A stretch of 64,000 bases of DNA from a virus (lineage: Duplodnaviria > Caudoviricetes): the IMG/VR virus record IMGVR_UViG_3300047678_000274, positions 1,091-65,090 of that record; one strand, written 5' to 3'. Made by a program: the position numbers and the translations under genes. Of this stretch, positions 56,912 to 64,000 are shown one piece after another. Positions within the stretch are counted from its first letter, which is position 1. Every line of letters begins with the position of its first letter. Below the pieces are notes generated by a model, which saw only the letters and a program-made list of their open reading frames with translations, did not search any database and was not told the DNA's origin.

Positions 56912-57846
56912 TGGAACTGAATGAACTCAACAAGAACGCCAACGGTGGTACCGAACTGGTGACACGTGGCATCCTTGAGCGTGCCAGTCCCGGCGCGTTT
57001 GACAACGTCCAACTGATCACCAGCCGAGTGCGGGATCTCCAGCGACACAAGAAGAAGATTCTCCACCTCCACGACCTTGCCGGTGATCCGGAAGTTCAGC
57101 ATCTAAAGTCAGATCTCAGTCGCAAACGTTTCAACAAGTTTGTGTTCTGTTCTAATTGGCAATATGATTCTTATCGTAATCAGCTTGGTATACCTTGGGA
57201 TGATAAGTCTACGGTAATTCCGAATGGTATTGAACCAATTCCGTTTGTTGATAAGCCGAAAGATAAAGTCCGTCTAATCTATACAAGCACACCACATCGT
57301 GGACTCGAGATCTTAGTTCCGGTGTTTGAACACTTATACAAGCAATTTGAAGGACAGATTGAGCTTGATGTGTTTTCAAGCTTTAATATCTATGGTTGGC
57401 CAGAACGTGACCAACCTTATGAAGAACTCTTTGAGCGTTGTCGTAATCATCCTGGCATCAATTACCATGGATTCCAATCTAATGATGTGGTAAGAGAAGC
57501 TCTTCAGAAAGCACATATCTTTGCTTACCCATCTATCTGGCAGGAAACATTCTGCATTGCTCTTGCGGAAGCTATGTCAGCCGGTTGCTTGTGTGTCCAT
57601 CCTAATCTCGCGGCTCTGCCAGAGACTTCCGGTGGATTAACGATCATGTATGATGGTCATTCGCAACCAAACAATCATGCGCAAGTCTTTGCTCATACGC
57701 TTGGCTATGCGATACAGAACGTTCGTCAGAACGACATGAGTCCGCTACTACGTTTTATAAAATCGTACGCAGATACTCGTTATTCATGGACTAACGTGAT
57801 GTACAAATGGGAGTCGCTTCTTTTGTCTCTTAAGGCCACCGCGTGA
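56911..57846 (+). CDS. GT-B (family 4-like) glycosyltransferase
   Basis: [34 protein letters not shown]. Confidence 0.88.
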   Translation: MELNELNKNANGGTELVTRGILERASPGAFDNVQLITSRVRDLQRHKKKILHLHDLAGDPEVQHLKSDLSRKRFNKFVFCSNWQYDSYRNQLGIPWDDKSTVIPNGIEPIPFVDKPKDKVRLIYTSTPHRGLEILVPVFEHLYKQFEGQIELDVFSSFNIYGWPERDQPYEELFERCRNHPGINYHGFQSNDVVREALQKAHIFAYPSIWQETFCIALAEAMSAGCLCVHPNLAALPETSGGLTIMYDGHSQPNNHAQVFAHTLGYAIQNVRQNDMSPLLRFIKSYADTRYSWTNVMYKWESLLLSLKATA

Positions 57847-58044
57847 CCATCCAGAACCTGGACATGTAGAATTTCTGGTAGCAACAACTCCATTGTTCCA
57901 CCAATAGAAATTTTTACGAGAATCTCTCATTTTAGCTTTTGTTTCGTCTGAGTGTTTGTCATATGCTCTGTTGCCTTTACCTTTACCAATGTAGTAAGGT
58001 GTTCCATTTTCCGAAAGATAGGCGTATACGTAATAAATAGTCAT
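57784..58044 (-). pseudogene. Internally deleted GIY-YIG endonuclease (copy 2 of leader family)
   Basis: [17 protein letters not shown] joined directly to HSDETKAKM (NUMOD3-like) and WWNNG tail. Confidence 0.8.
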
Positions 58045-58107
58045 GGCTGGCCTCCTGTAAGGTTAGTGCTGGTGGGACGGCAATCCGCGACCAGTATTCT
58101 ATTTATA
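58045..58107 (-). promoter_or_regulatory. Conserved HEG leader (copy 2)
   Basis: TATAAATA..CTGGT-CGCGGA-TTGCCG-TCCC-ACCAG..TAACCTTACAGGAGGCCAGCC-ATG. Confidence 0.75.
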
Positions 58108-58148
58108 CAAATGGCGGTTTATACTCTAAAATAAAGGACAGTTTTTGC

Positions 58149-58177
58149 TTGCTTTCAGCGGACATCCGTAGTATACT
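58149..58177 (+). promoter_or_regulatory. Sigma70-like promoter
   Basis: TTGCTT-N17-TATACT. Confidence 0.75.
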
Positions 58178-58206
58178 GAATGCTTAATAAACTAAAGGAC
58201 CCTGAC

Positions 58207-59316
58207 ATGCCTCGCGGCAAAGTGAAAAAACGTGCACGTAGAGCTTCCGGAACACAAACCGACGCTTTCTATGGTGCAGAGCCAATCTTCGCTGGTAAGA
58301 TTACCGAAGCCCAATTAGGTAAAGCTCTTACTTGGTACAATTATACTCAGGCCCCCGAGAAGGGTCACATGTGGCTTCTGGAATACATGAAACGTGAAGG
58401 ACTCGACGATAGTTCTATTAAGTGTGTTAAACGAGTCAATCCTACACGAATTCCTTCCACTGTGTTCTGGATGGCTAAGCTTGCCATTAACGGTGTAGTC
58501 TTTCCAAAAGATGTGCAGAAACGTTTTGGGTTGAGAATAAAAGAGATAATTAATCTCGGTCACATGATCACTGTTCGTGATCCTGATGCTTCAAAAACCA
58601 AAAAGAAACCACCTAACATCCAAGAACGTATCAAGGAGAAGGGCGAGCAGATTATCGCGGATCTTGAGGATGCGCTTGACGGGTTCTACGCCCGTAAAGA
58701 GAAGTTCTCGATGTATGACTTCCTTCAGAAAAATGATGCGTCATCCCAGATCCTGAATATGATCTCGGCTTATTACCAACCAAAACTTGATGAGCTCAAC
58801 GAGCGTGACGCACAGGTGACGGAAGCCTATGGGTCTGATCGTGCACGTCTTAAGAAGTTCTACAACGAATGGTTCTCCGACATCGAACGTTACGGCTCAA
58901 ACCGTAAGGTCTCAAAAGAACGGAAGCCGCGCAAGAAGAAAGAGAAGCTTGCTGTTGACGTCATCAAGCGCCTGAAGTATCAGAAGGAATTCAAGCCTCT
59001 AAAGATCGTCTCAGTCAATCCTGTTGAGATGATTGGCGCCCAGCAGCTATGGGTCTACAACACTAAATATAAGCAGCTGGCGGTGTATAACGCATCGGGA
59101 CCAGCCGGTATTAGTGTCAAGGGAACCACACTCACTGGGTTTGACAATGACGAGTCAGAATACAAGACGCTCCGCAAACCTGAAGAACAGATTGCAAAGC
59201 TGCTTGGAACTGGTAAGATCGGACTGAGGAAGTTTATGGGTGAGATGAAAACGAAAGCGAGGAAGCCTAACGGAAGGATCAACGAGAATATCGTCATCCT
59301 GAAGGTGTTGAAATGA
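58207..59316 (+). CDS. Conserved T4-like phage protein upstream of rnh
   Basis: ALTWYNY, IQERI, S.NP...IGA..LWVYNTK...KGTTL..FD...KTLRKP, NGRIN. Confidence 0.8.
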   Translation: MPRGKVKKRARRASGTQTDAFYGAEPIFAGKITEAQLGKALTWYNYTQAPEKGHMWLLEYMKREGLDDSSIKCVKRVNPTRIPSTVFWMAKLAINGVVFPKDVQKRFGLRIKEIINLGHMITVRDPDASKTKKKPPNIQERIKEKGEQIIADLEDALDGFYARKEKFSMYDFLQKNDASSQILNMISAYYQPKLDELNERDAQVTEAYGSDRARLKKFYNEWFSDIERYGSNRKVSKERKPRKKKEKLAVDVIKRLKYQKEFKPLKIVSVNPVEMIGAQQLWVYNTKYKQLAVYNASGPAGISVKGTTLTGFDNDESEYKTLRKPEEQIAKLLGTGKIGLRKFMGEMKTKARKPNGRINENIVILKVLK

Positions 59317-59534
59317 GCCCACTTGAATTTAAGCTGTATGTCGCACTCAAAGACATGCTTCCAGATAGTGAGTGTAACAGACTTACTAATGGTGTTTGCC
59401 AAACTAGAAAATGTTTAATAGAAGGAGGATGGAAGCCGTCTACCTTTGCAGATTACGATCTGGCTACTTGCCCCGGTTATCGAGCTAGACAAGCCATCAA
59501 GGCTTTTGATAATGCGTTGGAGAGAGAAATTTGA
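59313..59534 (+). CDS. Small Cys-containing protein
   Basis: Coupled at both ends. Confidence 0.55.
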   Translation: MSPLEFKLYVALKDMLPDSECNRLTNGVCQTRKCLIEGGWKPSTFADYDLATCPGYRARQAIKAFDNALEREI

Positions 59535-60382
59535 TTATCGTCGATCTACAACAAGTGATGATCTCCAATCTGATGATGCAGATTGGAAACCATAAGAACG
59601 CTGAGCTTGAGGAAAGCCTCCTGAGACACATGATCCTCAACTCCATCCGCTCTTACCGCAGTAAGTACGGTGATAAGTATGGTGAGATGATCATCGCCTG
59701 TGACGATCGTGGAAGCTGGCGTCGTGAGTATTTCCCCTACTACAAGGCACATCGTCGTGAAGCTCGAGAAGAATCAGAGATGGATTGGGAGATGATTTTT
59801 ACTTCCCTGGCCAAGATCAAACTTGAGCTCAAAGAAAACTTCCCCTACCGAGTAATCCAAGTTGAAAGAGCGGAAGCGGATGATATTATCGCTACGCTTG
59901 TCCACAAGTTCGGCCCAGAGGGTTCTCGCATTCTGATTCTATCAGGCGACAAAGACTTCGTACAACTCCATCTTTATATGGGTGTTGAGCAGTACGACCC
60001 GGTCCGTAAAAAGAAAGTCACCAACAACAATCCTAGTCGCTTTAAGGCGGAGCATATCATCAAGGGTGACAAGGGTGATGGTGTTCCTTCCATCCTAATG
60101 GCTGATAATTCTATGGTCATTCGTGAGCGAGCCAAGCCAGTAACCCAAAAGAAGCTTGACGCCTGGGCGGATAAAAAACCTGAAGACTTCTGTAATGGGA
60201 TTATGCTTCAGCGTTGGTACCGAAATAGGCAGATGATCGATCTTGATTTTGTTCCGGAGGATATCCAGAAACAGGTCTTGGAAGTTTACGAAAGTGAAGC
60301 CGGCAAAGGCCGCAAAAAACTGTTCAACTATTTTATAGAACACAAGTTAAAAAACTTGCTTGAATCAATTGGAGACTTCTAA
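59531..60382 (+). CDS. rnh: T4-type RNase H (5'-3' exonuclease)
   Basis: IVDLQQ, WRR..FPYYK, EADDII, SGDKDFVQL, GDKGDGVP, IGDF end. Confidence 0.93.
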   Translation: MIIVDLQQVMISNLMMQIGNHKNAELEESLLRHMILNSIRSYRSKYGDKYGEMIIACDDRGSWRREYFPYYKAHRREAREESEMDWEMIFTSLAKIKLELKENFPYRVIQVERAEADDIIATLVHKFGPEGSRILILSGDKDFVQLHLYMGVEQYDPVRKKKVTNNNPSRFKAEHIIKGDKGDGVPSILMADNSMVIRERAKPVTQKKLDAWADKKPEDFCNGIMLQRWYRNRQMIDLDFVPEDIQKQVLEVYESEAGKGRKKLFNYFIEHKLKNLLESIGDF

Positions 60383-60801
60383 TGGCATACAAAAAAGCTA
60401 TCAGTGAGATTATCACCGAGGCTGCTCAATTCGAAACTGATGCTGAACGCGTGGAACATCTGCGCAAATATGACGTGGCACCGCTTCGTCAAGTTCTTCA
60501 GTATGCGTTTGATTCACGTGTTCGATGGCTTCTGCCGGAAGGTGATGTGAAGTATAAACCAAATGTCGAATATCCAGATCTGCATGGCATGCTTTATTCC
60601 CGTGCCCGCACACTGTATCTCTTTGTTGAGGGTAGAGCCCCAGCAATGACTGTGGAGAAGCGCACTAAGATGTGGATTGAACTTCTTGAAACGGTTCTCC
60701 CTGGGGATGCGGAATTCCTTGAGCGTATTCGAAACAAGAAGGTATGGAAAACGGTGAATAAGAAAATCGTTAATAGAGCCTTTCCCGGCCTAATCAAATA
60801 A
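60382..60801 (+). CDS. Conserved T4-like protein (DUF6433-like)
   Basis: W.LPEG..Y...LYLFV.G...W.ELLE....DAE...AFP. Confidence 0.75.
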   Translation: MAYKKAISEIITEAAQFETDAERVEHLRKYDVAPLRQVLQYAFDSRVRWLLPEGDVKYKPNVEYPDLHGMLYSRARTLYLFVEGRAPAMTVEKRTKMWIELLETVLPGDAEFLERIRNKKVWKTVNKKIVNRAFPGLIK

Positions 60802-60812
60802 TAGAGAGAGAA

Positions 60813-60989
60813 ATGAGTAAGTCCAAACATACCCGCAGCAAATTCGATGACTATGAAGAAGAACATGATGACTGGAGAACCAACCGCGATGAACATCGTC
60901 GAAAGGTTGCTAACAAGAGAATCAACGCCGCTCTTCGAACTAAGAACATCGACCAGCTTCGTGAGCTTGATGACGAACTCTATGATTGA
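60813..60989 (+). CDS. Small charged protein
   Basis: 58-aa ORF MSKSKH...LRTKNIDQL. Confidence 0.6.
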   Translation: MSKSKHTRSKFDDYEEEHDDWRTNRDEHRRKVANKRINAALRTKNIDQLRELDDELYD

Positions 60990-60999
60990 AAGATAGATT

Positions 61000-61674
61000 A
61001 TGATTTCCGATTCAATTACAACCGAGTCGCTTGTCAATGTCCTTGGCAAGATTATGCGAGCAAAAAGAAAAGAGCTTGCGATTTGGGATGTTGATGACAC
61101 CCTCTTTGCGACTCCCGCGAAACACCTAAAGATTAAGGTTGTTGATCGTATCACACATAAACCTATCATCAAGGGTGGTAAGGTTTTAAGTGTTACTAGT
61201 CATGACTTTGCAGATGAAGAGAAGTTGAATAAGTTTCTTGATGAAGTAAAGGGTTGCCTTGTTGAACCTGTCAGTTTTCTGGCGTTCCGTAACGCTAAGA
61301 TTTTCAGAAAACACGCCAAAGCGATTGAGGAAAACCTTAAACACGCCTTGCGAGATTACAACAACAACAGTAAGTTTTTTATGATGTTGACAGCTCGAGC
61401 AAATATGAATGATAAGAAGCCTTTTCTTGAACACTTTGCTGAACATGGACTAAATATGGATACGAACCATTCACACGTGGTTCGAACTCGGTCGGTGACA
61501 GCGACAGCTGGGGCTAAAGGAAAGAAAGAAGTGATGTCCGCTATCCTTCGCAAAGCTACCTTCATTAAAAAGGTTGATTTTTGGGACGATTCAAGTGGAA
61601 ACATCGCAGCTTTTAAAACGCTTGCCAGTGAGTTTCCAAACGTCGAACTAGTTCCCCACCACATTAAGAAATAG
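61000..61674 (+). CDS. HAD-superfamily phosphatase-like protein
   Basis: WDVDDTL, LTAR, K, FWDD motifs. Confidence 0.8.
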   Translation: MISDSITTESLVNVLGKIMRAKRKELAIWDVDDTLFATPAKHLKIKVVDRITHKPIIKGGKVLSVTSHDFADEEKLNKFLDEVKGCLVEPVSFLAFRNAKIFRKHAKAIEENLKHALRDYNNNSKFFMMLTARANMNDKKPFLEHFAEHGLNMDTNHSHVVRTRSVTATAGAKGKKEVMSAILRKATFIKKVDFWDDSSGNIAAFKTLASEFPNVELVPHHIKK

Positions 61675-61684
61675 GATATTTCAA

Positions 61685-61996
61685 ATTCCTACGTACAAAT
61701 TCAAAGACACCAATACAGGCAAAGAGTTTCTCGAGTTCATGAAGATCTCAGAGCTTGATCCGTACAAGGCTGCCAACCCACATCTCGAACAAAAGGTGTA
61801 TGGTGCGCCGATGATCTCATCACATCGTGGTGGTGATCGTGCGAAGCCCGACGGCGGCTTTACTGAAGTTCTACAGAACATCGCAGAGCATCATCCACAA
61901 TCCCCGTTAGCTGACAGATACATGAAAAAGTCTATAAAGCAATTGAAGACCGAAGAAGTGATGAAGAAGCATAGGAAACGTCAAATCAACAAGTAG
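61685..61996 (+). CDS. FmdB-like small protein, probable ATT start
   Basis: (M)PTYKFKD..TG..F..FM.ISELD.Y...NP...KPD.GF..VL..I...HP. Confidence 0.65.
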   Translation: MPTYKFKDTNTGKEFLEFMKISELDPYKAANPHLEQKVYGAPMISSHRGGDRAKPDGGFTEVLQNIAEHHPQSPLADRYMKKSIKQLKTEEVMKKHRKRQINK

Positions 61997-62520
61997 TGAG
62001 TTTATTTTCTCTTCTTGCATTTTTACCTTTTAAAGCTGTAGAAATTTTGAGACGCCGTTCTTCAGTTCTCTTTTTACCTGTGTTGGCTAGTGATATCTTT
62101 TTCTTTCTTCAACTGTTAATTTTCTGCCAACAGAGCTTTTAGATATTTTTTCTTGTGGTCTTCTGATAGTGGTATTCCTCTTAACCAAGGTTTTGGTCTA
62201 CCGCTGCTATATTTTGAAAACTCGTTTTTCCGTTCTTCGGACCACTTGTGGTTTGTCGCACCGTCACCACCATCTGTTCTATTTAAAAGATTACCATTAC
62301 CCAAATCCTTTCTTCCATACCATCTAATCATTCTACATTCAATAGCTAACGCACCAAGTTCAGTTAAATTTTTCTCAATAAAAATAATACGGTTTTTATC
62401 TTTAGGCGTTGGTGTTTTTCCGTGACGATTATCATATGCTCTGAATCCATTACCCCTACCTATTTAATAGGGTGTTCCATCTGACTTGCGCAGATATGCA
62501 TAGACGTAATAAATAGACAT
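61995..62520 (-). pseudogene. GIY-YIG endonuclease pseudogene (copy 3 of leader family)
   Basis: [21 protein letters not shown] (TAA inside the YIG motif), [27 protein letters not shown]. Confidence 0.85.
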
Positions 62521-62585
62521 GTGCTGGGTATCCTTTCTATCTAGAGCTAGTGGGACGGCAATCCGCGACTAGCATTGTATTTATC
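62521..62585 (-). promoter_or_regulatory. Conserved HEG leader (copy 3)
   Basis: ATAAATA..GCTAGT-CGCGGA-TTGCCG-TCCC-ACTAGC..AAAGGATACCCAGCAC-ATG. Confidence 0.75.
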
Positions 62586-62600
62586 TAGTAAGGATTTTTA

Positions 62601-63356
62601 ATGAAGCGTCTCACAAGAAGAGAAAAAAGACAAATAGAGCATGGTGATCTTGATATAGGGACTGTCCTTAAGGACAAGGTTTTCAAAGTCAAAACTGTTG
62701 AGCCTCTAACTGCAAACCAGAAGCTGGCGTTTGATGCCTGGAATAAAGGCAAGAATATTCTTCTGACAGGAACAGCCGGGACGGGTAAGTCCTTTGTTGC
62801 TTGCTATCTAGCTCTTTCAACGGTGTTTAACAATCCGGATATGTATGAGGATGTCACGATTGTGCGTTCAACAGTACCATCGCGCGATCAGGGCTTCTTG
62901 AAAGGTAGCATTCAGGAGAAATCTGAAGTGTATGAGATGCCATACATCTCGATTTTCCAAGACATGTCCGAAGTTGAAAACGCTTACAATTCCTTGAAGC
63001 ACAAGGGACTCGTCAAATTCACATCAACATCGTATATCAGAGGGATGAACCTGAAGAATACAATCTTTGTTGTTGATGAAATTCAGAACATGACAAGCGA
63101 AGAGCTACACACAATTACAACGCGAGTTGGAAAGAACTCTCGCGTTATCCTGTGTGGTGACATTCGCCAGAACGACCTTAAGAACAATCGTCAGCATTCA
63201 GGCTTCAACGATTATTCTAAAGTCATTGATGAGATGAAATCGTTTCGTCACATCCAATTCAATCGAGACGACATCGTGAGATCTCCTTTCGTCCGCGAAT
63301 ATATCATCGCGCGAGAAACTCTCGAGGACCTAGGAACCATATCTCCGCAATGCTAA
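62601..63356 (+). CDS. phoH: PhoH-like ATPase
   Basis: PLT.NQ, GTAGTGKS, GFLKG, YIRG, VDEIQN, TRVG, GD..Q.D, DIVRS. Confidence 0.95.
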   Translation: MKRLTRREKRQIEHGDLDIGTVLKDKVFKVKTVEPLTANQKLAFDAWNKGKNILLTGTAGTGKSFVACYLALSTVFNNPDMYEDVTIVRSTVPSRDQGFLKGSIQEKSEVYEMPYISIFQDMSEVENAYNSLKHKGLVKFTSTSYIRGMNLKNTIFVVDEIQNMTSEELHTITTRVGKNSRVILCGDIRQNDLKNNRQHSGFNDYSKVIDEMKSFRHIQFNRDDIVRSPFVREYIIARETLEDLGTISPQC

Positions 63357-64000
63357 TTAAGCAATTTGACAATAGCCAACTGGTGAAGTTTCCAAAGCTG
63401 GAAACTGAAACCATCAACGGTAAACGGCACTATGTCGTGACGGCTGAGGAGAAATTCCCATCCGTCACGACAGTGCTTGATAAGACCGCTGATAAAACGT
63501 ACCTTGAACAATGGAAGAAAAATGTCGGAGAGAAACGAGCTAACAAGATTTCGGAGCAAGCTCGTAACAGAGGTACTGCTCTTCACTTTATGTGTGAACG
63601 CTATGTCACCAACGTACCTTTCAACATCAAAGATGAATCCCCTTCTAATGCCGCCTGCTTCATTCAGATTAAAAAAGCCCTCGACAAATGGGCCGGTCCC
63701 ATCCATGCAGTAGAGGCAACGCTCTACAGTAGGCGGCTTAAGGTTGCCGGGTCAACCGATCTGGTGACCGTCTGGGACGGTGAACTGGCGATCGTTGACT
63801 ATAAGACTTCCACTAAGATCAAGAAAGAAGAATGGATCTTAGATTACATTCTCCAGTCTTCAATGTATGCGTACATGTACTGGGAAATGACAGGCATAAT
63901 GATAAAGAAGATTGTTGTGGTAATTTGTGTAGAAGATCTTAGTGAACCGCAAGTGTTCGTAAAGAACCCCGGTGACTATACCAAGCAACTAGCATCTCGG
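63350..64000 (+). CDS. PD-(D/E)xK exonuclease (3' truncated by window)
   Basis: PSVTTVL, RGTALH, E..LYS...AG.TD...IVDYKTS...Q...YA. Confidence 0.85.
   Translation, partial: MLIKQFDNSQLVKFPKLETETINGKRHYVVTAEEKFPSVTTVLDKTADKTYLEQWKKNVGEKRANKISEQARNRGTALHFMCERYVTNVPFNIKDESPSNAACFIQIKKALDKWAGPIHAVEATLYSRRLKVAGSTDLVTVWDGELAIVDYKTSTKIKKEEWILDYILQSSMYAYMYWEMTGIMIKKIVVVICVEDLSEPQVFVKNPGDYTKQLASR

Noticed and set aside
774-63706. Most minus-strand ORFs in the track (for example 6142-6768, 21329-21952, 41447-42139, 50643-51092)
   Set aside because: They are antisense shadows of well-supported plus-strand genes, with no motifs or RBS.
1-64000. Genome-wide TAG or TGA recoding
   Set aside because: Core genes are intact in the standard code, several end correctly at TAG or TGA, and no suppressor tRNA was found.

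Overview
This is a 64-kb segment of a large T4-like myophage genome, probably infecting an alphaproteobacterium (inferred from the SleB hydrolase, BTLCP protease, class II RNR and boxA-like sequence). Almost all real genes are on the + strand. Core genes are DNA polymerase gp43, UvsX, helicase gp41, primase gp61, ThyA, NrdJ, dCMP deaminase, RNase H, PhoH, an exonuclease and spanins, plus eight tRNAs. Sigma70-like early promoters and TATAAATA late promoters are present. Three core genes are fractured in three different ways: gp43 is split around an HNH gene without an intein; gp41 carries an atypically split intein with a 16-aa IntN; NrdJ carries a split intein whose IntN is fused to a GIY-YIG nuclease. 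About eleven intact or decayed homing endonuclease genes are present. The most unusual features are: (1) an early region (16.6-22.5 kb) with two copies of a promoter, covarying leader RNA and boxA-like module, followed by genes separated by 12 related CCC(C)/GGG(G) hairpins; (2) a His-rich set of predicted head-packaged enzymes with T4-type capsid-targeting N-termini; (3) a covarying hairpin leader repeated before three GIY-YIG remnants; (4) a late-promoter-driven structured ncRNA candidate. All calls come from manual reading of motifs; no database searches were run.
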